Shown one piece after another: positions 1 to 13,316 of a stretch of 64,000 nucleotides of DNA. The stretch comes from the human T2T-CHM13v2.0 reference genome, Homo sapiens: NCBI RefSeq assembly GCF_009914755.1, contig NC_060928.1. The stretch is one strand, 5' to 3'. Made by a program: the position numbers and the translations under genes. The notes under the pieces are model-generated. The model was not told the origin of the DNA. It did no database searches and saw only the letters and a list, made by a program, of their open reading frames with translations. Position 1 is the first letter of the stretch. Each line of letters starts with the position of its first letter.

Positions 1-177
1 TAACTATTTTAATAAATGTAACTAGGAAGAAACCAAAGACATAGATGGTAACCTTTCAAATTAATTAGCAGTAATCAAAAATTAATTTATTCTAGCTACC
101 CTGAATTATGGTGATTCTTTTTTTTCTGGTCTTATCCAGCTATTGAATATTAAAGTGAAGATCGAAAAACAGAAAAG

Positions 178-505
<328 letters not shown>

Positions 506-1189
506 TTAATCAATTGAACAACAAAACCATAGAAATTCAGATAGAGGGCACATTAAAATATTATTTATATTATTATTTTATAATAAAATTATTAATATTA
601 CTAACACTATTAAACTTATTAAATATTATCTGATTTTAAGATAATTGAATGCGTAATTATGTTCCTCTCAGAACTTACTCAGAGGGCTAAAATGCAAGAG
701 AAATTCCATCTATGGTAAAACTAGGAAAAATCTGTATATAAGCTGAATATATAAGCTAAAATGTATAAAGACAAAGTAAACCAGAGAACTAACTAACTTA
801 TAGAACAGAATAAACTGAAACACCACTATCAAAAGAGAAACAGACCATTAGCCCAACAGGAGTCAGGTATGAGATGTACCAGATACAGGGGTGAGGCTTT
901 GGTTAGAAAAAAGGGAGACCAGCTGAACACTTGTGAGGAGTAATCAGACACAAGTTTTCATTGCCAAACTAAACAGCCAGGTGATTATTCTCTAAAGAAA
1001 CCAAACTAGAAAGGCCCTGGACTAGGAGACATCAGGTATACAGGAGGATGACATGAAGTACTACATAAAAGCATTAAGTGAAAGTTTACATGATAAGTAG
1101 TGAAATCCTCAGCCCCATTCCCACTGTCAGCTCCCACTGTCAGAATTATGGTAGCTGGGTTAATTATTCAGAAGACAAACACTGGCAGG

Positions 1190-1777
1190 TGTGTGTCTAA
1201 TAAAATGATCCTAAGGTTACCCGTCCCTGATGTACACATCCTACAACCTTGGGACTGTGAATTTGACAGATTTTACTCCCAAAATTAAGTTACGTTATAT
1301 AGCATTGTTGACCTAAAGACAGCGAGGTTATCCTGGTGGGCCTGACCCAATCAAATGAGCTTGTGAAAGGCAGAGATTTCTTTGGCTGGTTGGAGATAAG
1401 GAAGTCAGAGATTAAAAGCACAAGAAGGATTCTACTTGCCACTGCTGACTTAAAGATGGAGGGTGCCACATGTCAAAGAATGTGGGCAACCTTATGGAGA
1501 TGACAGCCCATAAAAAAAATCAGGATCTTGGTTCTACAATTGCAAGGAACTAAATTCTGCTACCAATAACAATAAATTTGGAAGTAAATGTTCACCCACA
1601 GCCTACAGATAAGGAACATAGGATAGCTGATATCAGCCTTGAGACCATAAGCAAGAGAATCCAGCCACACTGTCCCCAGATGTCTGGCTCACAGAAATTT
1701 AAGAGATAATAAGTGGGCGTTGTTTCACACCACTATATTTATAGTAAATTGTTATGCTGCAATAGAAAACTAATCCA
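1190..1777 (+). mobile_element. MLT1-family (ERVL-MaLR) solo LTR, MLT1E/F-like
   Basis: Typical motifs ttatcctggtgggcctgacccaatca and tgcaaggaactaaattctgc; 3' end gcaatagaaaactaatcca. Confidence 0.75.
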
Positions 1778-1849
1778 TGCTGTACAGTGAAATGAACCAA
1801 CAAAACATGCATCCAGACTTTCCAATTTAGCTTTTTATGGCATTGCTAT

Positions 1850-2920
1850 AGACTAAAAACAGAACCCAAGGATCACCAGACATCTGAAGAAAATCTTAAA
1901 TATGAAAAGCCAACCAAAGTATTGAAAATGAGACTGAAATTTTATAATGCCAAAATTATAAAGCTTTGGGGAAGGAGAATAGGGACAAGTGGTACAGAGA
2001 CAGGGTAAGTCATAAATAAGTTTGGCAACACCAGAAGTTTAGTAACTTTAAAGGTCTGAGAGTGGTTTTTTAAACTGGAACTCTATACCTAGCTAAACTA
2101 TCAAGTATGAGGATAGTAAGAAAGGCATTTTCAGACAGTCTAAAAAATTTTACCTCTCAAGCATCCTTTCTCAAGAAATATATTGGATACCTAAACCTTG
2201 TTCAATCTCAACATCACAAAAAGAGAAGCAACCAGACAGTGCCTATGTGATACATAAGGAAACACACAGCATTATGAATGACTATTCTTGTCAAAATCAG
2301 AATAAATCTGAATCTGATCAAGTATCTGGATCTAAAATAGGAAATACAACACACAGAAGCACAACTGGCAAAATCCATAAAGTGAGAGAAATGACTATTT
2401 CTTCAACAAATAAATAGAAAAAAAAAAAAGAGGAACTGTTATGATTAAACTTAAAACAATTTTTTTTAATTTTTAATTTCATGGGTACATAGTATGTGTA
2501 TATATTTAAGAAAAATAATTAACATTAAAACTATGTAAACCTGGTTTGGATCCTGATTTAAACCAACTGTAAAAAGACAGAAAATAATTGAAGAAATCTC
2601 AACATTGACAGGATACTGGCAATATTAAGGAATTACTTTTTTTTCCTTTAAATCTGAAATAGTATTATGGCTATATTTCTTTTTAAACACTCTTAATTTA
2701 CAGATACATACTAAAATATTTATATATATGAAATGGTATGGTGCTTAGATTTGCTTTAAATTAACATAGGTGGCAATGTCAGCAAGGTGGTAATAGGCAG
2801 ATATGAAAAAAGACTGCCTGTACACTGAAGGCTGCTGAAGCTGGATGATGGATAAACATACACAGGTTTCATTACGCTATTCTCTTAGATTTGTATGTGA
2901 GAATTTCCATTTAAAAAGGG
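1850..2920 (+). mobile_element. Degraded ancient L1M (L1MC/L1ME-type) fragments
   Basis: Resemblance to old L1 ORF1 end and L1MC-type 3'UTR (ggatcctgatt..., aatattaaggaattac). Confidence 0.5.
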
Positions 2921-3528
2921 AAGGAAATAAAGGAGTGAGGGAGAGGAAAAGTGAAAGAGAGGTGGAGAAAGAAAGAAAGGGAAGTAGGGGGAAGGCTAGC
3001 TTGTTAGCTACCATAAAGAAAATATAAAAAATAGAAATAATTACACAACTTAGAAAAATGAAGCAACTATTTGCATCGTATGAAAAGGTATCTTATCTCC
3101 AAAAATCAGCTTTTATGTAAAATCTACTTCCGTGTAACATCTTTGAATCTTCTTGTGCCTCTTGGGGCCACAGAAAACAAATCTATATGACAGTCTCTTA
3201 AGCATTTGAAGAACACTTTATTCAACCTGAGTCTTCTTGTCTTCAGGAGAAACATTCCCTGCTCCTCTGAGGTATATTTTTAAATAATTTCATAATCTGC
3301 ATTTCTCTCTCATAAACTTCTAGAGCAATGTCAAATTGCCGGAAAATGCTAAATTAGGTCTCTACTCTTCTGTACAAATAGTTTTCTTTACTCCAAGACA
3401 GGACCGTGCACATGCCCTGATTATGTTTCCAAGTCTATTTGGTTAAGATCCTTTTAATAATCCATTCTAGAATTTTACCTTGGATGGAAATCAAGTTTAA
3501 CCATGAATCCTTCAAATATTTAAATACC

Positions 3529-3833
3529 GGTTGGGCACAGTGGCTCAAGTCTGTAATCCCAGCACTTTGGGAGGCTGAGGTGGGTGGATCACGAGGTCAG
3601 GAGATCGACACCATCCTGGCTAACGCAGCGAAACCCCGTCTGTACTAAAAATACAAAAAATTAGCCAGGCATGGTGGCAGACGCCTGTAGTCCCAGCTAC
3701 AGCAGGAGGCTGAAGCAGGAGAATGCCATGAACCCGGGAGGCGGAGCTTGCAGTGAGCCAAGATCCCACCACTGTACTCCAGCCTGGGGGACAGAGTGAG
3801 ACTCCGTCTCAAAAAAAAATTAAAAAAAAAAAA
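3529..3833 (+). mobile_element. AluY
   Basis: Diagnostic gagatcga.accatcctggctaac and gcggagcttgcagtgag. Confidence 0.93.
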
Positions 3834-4246
3834 TTTACTGTATTACAAGATGTTTACTGAAAGCATTATTGAACAGTATTAGGTCAGTTTTATGCTATAA
3901 TAAAGTAGCAGTTTACATGCATTGCATGTATAATAGGTAGTGCACTGGGGTTCTTAAACCATGAACAATTAGTGTTCATAGTGTATTTATGTCTACTTTA
4001 CAAAACCTAAGAAAACATCATGTCTTTAAAATGATTATAGAGATTTCATTATCACTGCCTTATATTTAAGATATGATATATAGTGCTAAATATTTGATTG
4101 TGTGTGTGTATATATATATACACTCCTCAATTAAAACATTGTTCCTATGGGGATAATATAATGATCCACTTCACAAAAATACCACGATGATTCACATGAG
4201 GTTTCAGCCTACAGTCTCTAACAAACAAGTGGGGAAAATTATATAT

Positions 4247-4422
4247 TGTCAATTCTCATTATTCAGTTATTCACAGTAGTTATGTTAAGTCGCTAGAAAC
4301 ACGGAATTAGCAAATACTACACTCAACCACTGCTCCTGGGAGAAATATAGCGTTAGCCAGCCCCTGGCCACAGCATTGTCATTAATGCACATAACCCTGT
4401 TTTACGTGTGTTTCTGTTTAAA
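4247..4422 (+). mobile_element. MER82 (TcMar-Tigger) DNA transposon, 5' piece
   Basis: gtcaattctcattatt...gtagttatgtt...gtgtgtttctgtttaaa matches the remembered MER82 left end. Confidence 0.75.
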
Positions 4423-4427
4423 TGTAC

Positions 4428-4805
4428 GTTTTTTGTGTGTGTCCTTCCAACTTTTATTTTAGGTACAGCGGGTATACATGCAAGTTGGTTATGTGGGTAA
4501 ACTGCATGTTGTGGGGGTTCAGGGTACAGATTATTTCATCACCGAGGTAATGAGCATAGTATCTGATAAGTAACTTTTCAATCCTCACCTTCCTCCCATT
4601 CTCAAGTAGGCCCTGGTGCCTATTGTTCCCTTCTTAGTGTCCATGTGTACTCAATGTTCAGCTCCCACTTATAAGTAATAACGTGGCATTTGTTTTTTTG
4701 TTCCTGCGTTAATTCACTTAGGATAATGGGCTCCAGCTGCATCCATGTTGCTGCAAAGGACATGATTTTATTCTTTTTTATGGCTGCATGGTATTCCATG
4801 ATGTA
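4428..4805 (-). mobile_element. L1PA15-17-like 3' end fragment inserted into MER82
   Basis: Antisense L1PA 3'UTR (agctcccacttataagt; ctccagctgcatccatgttgctgcaaaggacatgat). Confidence 0.85.
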
Positions 4806-4809
4806 AAAT

Positions 4810-4976
4810 ATAACTTATTTAATATATGTTGTTGATTCATTAACATTGAACTCACAGCCAACAGCAGTAAAACTCATGCCTGAACCTAAAACATGTTTTT
4901 CCCAAAAGGCACATCACAGCATTCTCACACTTAGGAACACTAGACAGCACTATGCTTGGGCGCCATTTTAAACAGT
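4810..4976 (+). mobile_element. MER82 middle piece
   Basis: gttgattcattaacattgaactcacagccaacagca...gccattttaaacag continues the MER82 consensus. Confidence 0.75.
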
Positions 4977-6836
4977 GAGTGGGAGGGACTGTACATCATG
5001 GTTTGAGTGCCAGCTAAGACACAGTACAATAGAATATCAGACAGATTTCTAAGGTTTTTGACCTCAGTCCCTGGCTCCCAGATGGCATCTCTAGACCAAC
5101 TCAGGGCCTAGGGGAACTAGCCACCCTGAAGGGAAAAAAAAAAGTCTGGCTGGCTTCACCACTGAGATAGATGGAGTAAGATGGCTGAAAAGGGGGCTCT
5201 AGTGATCTCCCCACCCCTCCCCAAGTTTGGCAACTATCTACACAAAGTGAGCATCTTCATAAGAACCCAAAATCAGGTGAGCACACACAGTGCCTGGTTT
5301 TGACTTCGCATTGCTGAAATAGGCATTAAAGAGGGTAGAAAAGACAGTTTTGAATTGCCAATGACACCCCTCCCTAATCCCCTAGCAGCTCCCCACATGG
5401 TGCAAAGAACTGTGCAACTGTAAGACGGAGAGCATAGCAACTGTGAGCCTTTGCATTGAACTCAGTGCTGCCCGGTCACAGCGGAGAGCAGAAACAGGCT
5501 GAACTCAGCTGATGCCTGCTCGTGGAGGGAGCTTTTGGACCAGGCATAGCCGCAAGGAAATTGTCCATCCCAGCAGTCCAAATTTGACTTCCAGCAAGCC
5601 CTGTCAACACGGGCTGCAGTGTTCTGGGGCCCTAAGTGAAGCTGAGGGGCAGTCTAAGTCACAGGACTGCAATTCCTAGGCAAGTCCTAGTGCCAAGATG
5701 GACTTGGAGTCACTGGACTGGGGATGGGGAGCAGGCAACTTCCTGAGCCACCACTTGGGTGGCTAAGGGAGTGCTTGAGTCACCCCTCTCCCAACTTCAG
5801 GCAGCACAGCTTAAGGCTCCAAAAGAGACCCCTTCCTTCTGCTTGAGAGAAAAGAGCAGAGACAACTTGGTCTTGCATCTTGGATACAAGCTTAGCCACA
5901 GTAGGATAGGGCACCAGTCAGATTCGTGAGGCCCCCCATTCCAGACCCTAGCTCCTGGACAATCTTTCTACACACACCCTGTGCCAGAAGGGAACCTGCT
6001 CCCTTGAAGAAAAGAACCCACCCCTGGAAGGATCCATCACCTACTGACTAAAGAGCCCTTGGGCCCTGAAGAACCAGCAGCGACACCCAAGTAGTATGCC
6101 ACCTGCCTTGGTTGAGATTCTGAGATGTGCTGGCTTCATGTGAGAACCAGCACATTCCCAGCTATGGTGGCAACAGTGACAGCACAGTTGGGGTCGGGGG
6201 GCGGGGGGCTGTTAAGTAGAAAGTGGACTCTCGGGGTCTCCTATTCCAAGGCTTGGCACTTAGATGACATTTCTGGAGCTGTCCTGGGAGAGAGGGGGCC
6301 CACTGTTCTGAAGGGTGAGTCTCAGGCCTGGCAGCTTTCATCACAAGCTGACTGAAGAGCCCTTGGGCTTTAACTGCACATTGGCGGTAGCCTGGCAGTA
6401 CTCCCTGTGGGCCTCTGGTGGTGACGGCCATGGGCTGAGACTCCTTACCTGTGGAAAGAGGAAGAGTGGGAAGGACTGTATATCGTGGTTTGAGTGCCAG
6501 CAAAGATACAGTACAATAGACCCTCATTAGATAGATTTCTAAGGTTTTTGACCTCAGTTCCTGGCTCCCAGATGGCATCTATGAATCAGCTCAGGGCCTA
6601 GGGGAACCTGCCATCCTGAAGGGGAAAAAAACAAGTCTGGCTGGCTTTGCCACCTGCTGACTATAGAGCCCTAGGGCCTTCAGCAAACATAGGTGGTAGC
6701 CAGGTAGCAGTCACAACGGGCATTGAGTGAGACCCAGTGCTCTGCTGGCTTCAAGTCTCACCTAGTACAGTCCCAGTGGTGGTGACCACAGGGGTACTTG
6801 TGTCACCCCAACCCCAGCTCCACATGGCTCAGAGGG

Positions 6837-6839
<3 letters not shown>

Positions 6840-6877
<38 letters not shown>
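6840..6877 (+). repeat. (GA)n microsatellite within the L1 5'UTR
   Basis: Direct observation. Confidence 0.95.
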
Positions 6878-6881
<4 letters not shown>

Positions 6882-9696
6882 AGACTCCATTTGTTTGGGA
6901 GAAAGAAAAGAGAAGAAGAGTCTCTACTTGGTAATCCAGATAATTCTTCTAGATCTTAAATAAAACCACCAAGGTGGTACCTCTATGAATCCATAAAAAA
7001 TCATAGCGATACTGGGATTGGGGTGCACCCCAATGCAGACATGGCTTAGATCACAATACCCAAGTCCCTTCGACTACTTAGAAAGCCTTCCAAAGAAGGA
7101 CAGGTACAAACAAGTGCAGACTGTGAAGACTATAATAAATACCTAATTCTTCAATGCCCAGACACCAACAAACATCTGCAAGGATCACGACCATCAGAAA
7201 ACATGACCTCACCAAATGAACTATATAAGGCACCAGGGACCAATTCTGGAGAAACACAGATATGTGACCTTTCAGAAAGAAAAATCAAAACAGTATTGAG
7301 GACACTCAAAGAAATTAAAGATAACACAGAGAAGGAATTCAGAATTCTATCAGATAAATTTAACGAAGAGACTGAAATAACTGAAAAGAATCAAGCAGCA
7401 ATATTGGAGCTGAAAAATGCAACAGACACAGTGAAGAATGCATCAGAGTCTCTTAATAGCAGAATTGATCAAGCGGAAGAAAGAATTAGTGAGCTTGCAG
7501 ACAGGCTATTTGAAAATACACAGTTGAAGGAGACAAAGAAAAGAATAAAAAAGAATGAAGCATGCCTACAAGATCCAGAAAACAGCCTCAAAATGGCAAA
7601 TCTAAAAGTTATTGGCCTTAAAGAGGAGGTAAAGAAAGTGATAGGGGTAGAAAGTTTATAAGGTAAAGGTATAGTAACAGAGAACTTCCCAAACCTAGAG
7701 AAAGATACCAATATTTAAGTACAAGAAGGTTACAGAACACCAAGCAGATTTAACCCAAAGAAGACTACCCCAAGGCACTTAATAATCAAACTTCCAAAGG
7801 TCAAGGAGGTAAGGATCCTAAAAGCAGCAAGACAAAAAGACACAAATAAAATACAATGGGGCTCCAATACATCTAGCAGCAGACTTTTCAGTGGAAACCT
7901 TACAGCCCAGGAGAGAGTGGCATGACATAAAGTACTGAAGGCAAAAAAATTTTATCCTATAATAGTACATCTGGCAAATATATCCCTTAAACATGAAGGA
8001 GAAAGAGGGACTTTCCCAGACAAAAGCTGAGAGATTTCATCATCGCCACTTCTGTCCTACAAGAAACACTAAAGAGATTTCTTTAATCAGAAAGAAAAGA
8101 ATGTTAATGAGCAAAAAGAAATCATCTGAAGGTACCAAACTGACTGATAATATTAACTACAGAGAATATTATAACACTGTACCTGTGGTGTGTTAACGCT
8201 TACCTTAAGTAGAAGCACTGAAAGATTAACAAATCAAAAATAATAACTACAACAACTTTTCAAGACATATGCAGCACAGTAAGATATAAACAGAAATGAC
8301 AAAAAGTTAAAAAGTAGCAGACAAACTTAAGGTGTCGAGTCATTGGTTTTCTTTTACCTTGTTAAATTTGTTTATGGAAGTGGTGTTAAGCTGTTATCAG
8401 CTTAAAATAATGGGTTATAAGATAGTATTTGCAAGCCTCATGGTAACCTCAAATCAAAAAACATACAATAGATACAAAAAATAAAAAGCAAGAAATTAAA
8501 ACATATCACCAGAGAAAATCACTTTCACTGAAAGGCAGGAAGGAAAGAAGGAAGTTAACAATACAAAACAACTTGAAAACAAATAACCAAATGACAGGAG
8601 TAAGTCTTCACTTATCAGTAACAACACTGAATGTAAATGGACTTAAAGGACTACAACCAAAACACATGCAGAGGCTGAATGGATAAAAAACAAGACCCAA
8701 TGACCTGCTGCCTACAAGAAACACACTTTACCTATAAAGATGCACACAGAGTGAAAATAAAGGGATTGAAAAAGATATTCCAGGCCACTGGAAACCAAAA
8801 AAGCGCAAGAGTAGCTATACTTACATTGCACAAAATAGATTTCAACACAAAAATATGAGACAAGATCATTATATAATTATAAAGGGGTCAATTAAGCAAC
8901 AGGATATAACAATTTTAAATACATATGCACCTAACACTGGAGCACAAAGCTATATAAATACTAGAGCTAAAGGTAAAGATAGAACCCCAATATAAAAATA
9001 GCTGTAGACTTTAACATTCCACTTTCAGCATTGGACAGATCTTCCACAGAGAAAATCAACAAAGAAACATTGGACTTAGAAAGAAAGATGGCAGAGAGGA
9101 GAGGAGACAGGGCTAATGTGCAGCTCCCACTTGGATGGGCAGAATAGCATGTGGAGACTCACACCACAAACTCCGGCTCTAAGAACCACTGCAGGAACAT
9201 TACCAGGAAAACCAAAATAATTCACAGATTCTCTGAAAGAAGTGACACATCGCTGCAAATTCTGCAAGACAGTCAAATAACTGTGAGTTCCCAAAGTACA
9301 AGAGCAGGAAAACCTGTCTCCAAACACACATGTCCACTGGGGAATCTGAAAATCCAGATCACAGGAGAAGGATTTAACCTCACCTATAACAAAAATGAAT
9401 ACAGGGAGCCACATGAAATATAAAGGTAGAAGCAGCAGTGGGAAGAGCCTTGTAAGCACACCCAGTCTCCAGCTCGAGCCCAGGGAAGCCATCCCTGACT
9501 GCATCTGATAGGGCCCTCAGGGAAGGCAGCTAGCAGAATTAGGGAGGGGTCACAGGGTGAAAAAAGCTTCCAACTGAATTTCATAATAATTTCAACTGGG
9601 CATAAACTTTCTTCAGCAGAACCCACAGGGTAAATGGGAATCCTCCCTAAATCATTCTATGAAGCCAGTATCACCCTAATACCAAAACCAAGAAAG

Positions 9697-9790
9697 GAGA
9701 GGAGGGGAGGGGAGGGGAAGGGAGAAGGAAGGCGAGGGAAGGGAGGGGAGAAGGAAGGAAGGAAGGAAGGAAGGAAGGAAGGAAGGAAGA
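9697..9790 (+). repeat. (GGAGG)n/(GGAA)n polypurine repeat inside L1 ORF2
   Basis: Direct observation; about 9 consecutive GGAA units. Confidence 0.92.
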
Positions 9791-10722
9791 AAACTACAGA
9801 TCCCTGATGAACATAGATGCAAAAATCCTCAACAAAATACTAGCTAACAGAATCCAACAGCATAGCAAAAAGATAATATACCTTGATCAAATGGGTTTCA
9901 CACCAGGAATGCAGAGATGGTTTAACACATGCAAGTCAATAAATGTGATACATCACATAAAAGGAATTAAAAACAAAAATTGCATGATCATCTCAATGAT
10001 GCAGAAAAAACATTTGATGAAATCCAGCCATCCCTTTATCATTAAAACCTTTAGCAAAACTGGCAGAGAAGGGACATATCTCAAGGTAATAAAAGCCATC
10101 TATGACAAACCAACAGCCAACATTACACTAAATGGGAAAATGTTGAAAGCATCCCCCCAAGAACTGGAACAAGATCTGGATGCCCACTTTCACTATTTCT
10201 ATTCAACACAGTACTGCAAGTCCTAGCCAGAGCAATCAGACAAGAGAAACAGACAACCAAACTGATAAGGAAGAAGTCAAATTATCCTTGCTTGCAGATA
10301 ATATAATCTTATATTTGGAAAAACCTAAAGACTTCAGCAAAAAAACTATTAAAACTGATAAATTCAGCAAAGTTGCAGGAAACAAATCAACATACAAAAC
10401 TCAGTACCATGTCTATATGCCAAGAACTAACAATCTGAAAAACAAATCAAGAAACTAATGCCATTTACAATAGCTACAAATAAAATAAAATACCTAGGAA
10501 GGAACTTAATCAAAGAAGTGAAAGATCTCTACAAGGGAAACTATAAAACACTGTTGCAAAAAATTGAAGACGACACAAGAAAAATGGGAAAATATTCCAT
10601 GTTCATGGGTTGGAAGAATCAATACTGTTAAAATGTACATACTACCCCAAGCAACTTACAGAGTCAATGCAATTCCTATCAAAATACTAATGACATTATT
10701 TACAGAAGTAGAAAAAGCAATC

Positions 10723-11098
10723 TATATTGGTCTGTTTTCACATTGCTATAAATAACCGAGACAGGGTAATTTATCAAGAAAAGAGGTTTAATTGACCTAC
10801 AGTTCCACATGGCTGCGAGGCCTAAGGAAACTTACAATCATGGCAGAAGGTGAAGAGGAATCAAGGACCTTCTTCACATGGCAGCAGGAGAGAGAAGTGT
10901 GAGGAGCGGAAGGGGAAGAGCCCCTTATAAAACCATCAGATCTTGTGAGAACCCATTCACTATTACAAGAACAGCATGGGGGAAACTGTCCCCATGATCC
11001 AATCACCTCCCACTGGGCTCCTCCCTTGACACATGGGGATAATGGGGATTACAATTCAAGGTAAGATTTTGGTGGGGACACAGAGCCAAACCATATCA
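10723..11098 (-). mobile_element. THE1 (THE1D-like) MaLR solo LTR inserted in L1 ORF2
   Basis: Ends ...ggtggggacacagagccaaaccatatca; perfect 5-bp TSD CAATC at 10718-10722 and 11099-11103. Confidence 0.92.
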
Positions 11099-12525
11099 CA
11101 ATCCTAAAATTTACAAGGAACCTCAAAAGATCCAGAATAGCCAAAGATATCCTGAGCAAAAAGAACAAGACTAGAAAGAATCACATTACCTGATTTCAAA
11201 TTATACTACAGAGTTATAGTAACCAAAATGGCATGATTGTCACATAAAAGTACACATATAGACCACTAGAATACAATAGAAAACCCAGGAATAAATCCAT
11301 ACATCTACAGCCAACTCATTTTTGACAAAGTTGCCAAGAACATCCAGTGGGGAAAGAACAGTCTCTTCAATAAATGGTGCTGGGAAAGCTGGATATCCAT
11401 ATGCAGAAGAATGAAACTAGACCCCGATCTCTCACCATATACAAAAATAGAATCAAAATGGATTCAAGACTTAAACATAAGACCTCTACTATGAAACTAC
11501 TAAAAGGAAACATTGGGGAAACTCTCCAGGACATTAGAATGGGCAAAGATTTCTTGAGTAATACCATAAAAGCATGGGCTCCTAAAGCAAATAAGGACAA
11601 ATGGGATCACATCAAGTTAAAAAGCTTCTGCACAGGAAAAAAAAAAAAATCAACAAACTGAAGTGACAACCACAGAATGGGAGAAAATATTTGCAAACTA
11701 CCCAGCTGACAATGAATTGATAACCAGAATATATAAGGAGCTCAAACAATAGGAAAAAAAATCTAATAATCTGATCCAAAAATGGGTCAAAGATTTGAAC
11801 AGCATTTCTCAAAAGAAGACATATAAATGGCAAATACACATATGAAAAGGTATCAACATCACTGATCATCAGAAAAACGCAAATCAAAACTATAATGAGA
11901 CATCATTTCACACCAGTTAAAATGACTTATCCAAAAGACAGGCAATGACAAATGCTGGAGAGGATGTGGAGATAAGGGAATCCTCATATACTATTGGTGA
12001 GAATGTAAATTAATACAACCATATGGAGAACAGTTTGGAAGTCCCTCCCAAAAGTAAAAATAGAGCTACCACATGACCCAGCAATCCCACTCCTAGGTGT
12101 ACACCCAAAAGAAAGGAAATCAGTATATTGAAGAGGTATCTGCATTCCCATGTTAATTAGAGCACTATTCACAATAGCCAAGATAGAGTAGAAGGATGAA
12201 TACCAGAGGCTGGGGAGGGTAGTTGGGGCAGTGGGGATGGTTAATGAGTATCAAAAAAAAAAAGTTAGAAAAAATGAATAAGACCTAGTATGTGCTAGCA
12301 CAACAGAGTGGCTATGGTCAAAAATAATTTAATTGTACACTTAAAAATAACTAAAAAAGTATAACTGGGTTGTTTGTAACACAAGGGATAAATGCTTTAG
12401 GTGATGGATAGCCCATTTACCCTGATGTGATTATTATGCATTGCATGCCTGTATCAAAATATCTCATGTATCCCATAAATACTTACACCTACTATGTACC
12501 CACAAAAATTAAAAATTAAAAAATT

Positions 12526-12794
12526 AACACCAACAAAAATCACAAAAATGTGTAAAACCTGGCATTAAATAGGCCACAAAAGGACACTTATTTATAGCAG
12601 GAGAGCTGAAACAAGAATGTAGAGCATCACTTTGTTCGACTTCTACTGGGAGCATGCATGTAGGGTGATTCAAATGTTCCACCACTTTATACATGCCTAT
12701 GAAAGACCGCTAGTACTGATTTTGAAGTTAAAATGCATTTTTGCAGGTAGGCAAATTCACAAATACATAATTCACGAATAATCAAACTCAACTG
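12526..12794 (+). mobile_element. MER82 3' piece
   Basis: caccaacaaaaa...gagagctgaaacaagaa...gcaaattcacaaata...gaataat..caactg matches the remembered MER82 right end and TIR. Confidence 0.75.
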
Positions 12795-13027
12795 AAAAAT
12801 CTCTCTTTGTAAGGTCAACTGTAGCACATGGACTTTACTCTGGTAATGAAAATTACAATATGCTTTAGTAAAACGCTCCATGTAATTCAGCAGAAAGTAA
12901 TCAATTAACCTTTATTAATAGTATCATTCTAAATACCCAATATCATTCATTTTTAACAAGAGCTTTTATTAGATTGATGTGCAACTTTACATAACAAGGT
13001 AGACTTATTACTATGTAGAGTACATAC

Positions 13028-13181
13028 CTGCAGCTTCTAGTAAAGCTTCCAGTCTAGCCTGTGTTTCTGGATCTACTGTCCTGAGGTCTGCACCATCAGC
13101 AGTACCTGATAAGAGCAACTTGGAAGCTGTTTCCAGCATTGGATTTTCCAAATCATCCTGATCCAAAATGAAAGACTCCAC
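13028..13181 (-). CDS. ANKRD17: Internal coding exon (154 nt, phase 0 to 1) of ankyrin repeat domain-containing protein 17, probably exon 2
   Basis: Minus strand reads polypyrimidine tract ...ttgttttatag|GTGGAGTCTTTC...GAAGCTGCAG|gtatgta. The open frame VESFILDQDDLENPMLETASKLLLSGTADGADLRTVDPETQARLEALLEAA(G) matches my recollection of the ANKRD17 N-terminal region; the paralog ANKHD1 differs here (DQEDLDNPVL...). Confidence 0.96.
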
Positions 13182-13316
13182 CTATAAAACAAATGCAAAA
13201 AGAGGGAGGAAGGGAGAAATGAACAGCGAAAGGAAAAGAGGGGAGAGAAATAAAAAGAAAGCAGGGGAGGGAAAAAATATGTTAACATAATTAACAATGG
13301 TAAACACAGTGCAACC
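13182..13316 (-). promoter_or_regulatory. 3' splice site of exon 2 with ~90-nt polypyrimidine tract and 133-nt AG exclusion zone
   Basis: No minus-strand AG (plus-strand CT) from 13184 to 13316; branch-like TTAAC/TTAAT motifs at ~13281-13296. Confidence 0.7.

Larger units (their letters stand above)
4977..12525 (+). mobile_element. Near full-length, mosaic, dead LINE-1 (L1MA2-like 3' end; 5'UTR, ORF1 from ~7203, ORF2 fragments)
   Basis: ORF 7203-7661 is the L1 ORF1 coiled coil; ORF 9807-10226 ([19 protein letters not shown]) is ORF2 RT; 10564 and 11374 are further ORF2 pieces; L1MA1/2-type 3'UTR with A tail. Many frameshifts. Confidence 0.92.

Noticed and set aside
9752-9788. (GGAA)n as an EWS-FLI1-type enhancer
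   Set aside because: Only about 9 consecutive units inside an L1, with no other support.
7203-12181. L1 ORF1/ORF2 ORFs as an active reverse-transcriptase system
   Set aside because: Fragmented by stops, frameshifts, deletions and an LTR insertion; a dead retrotransposon.
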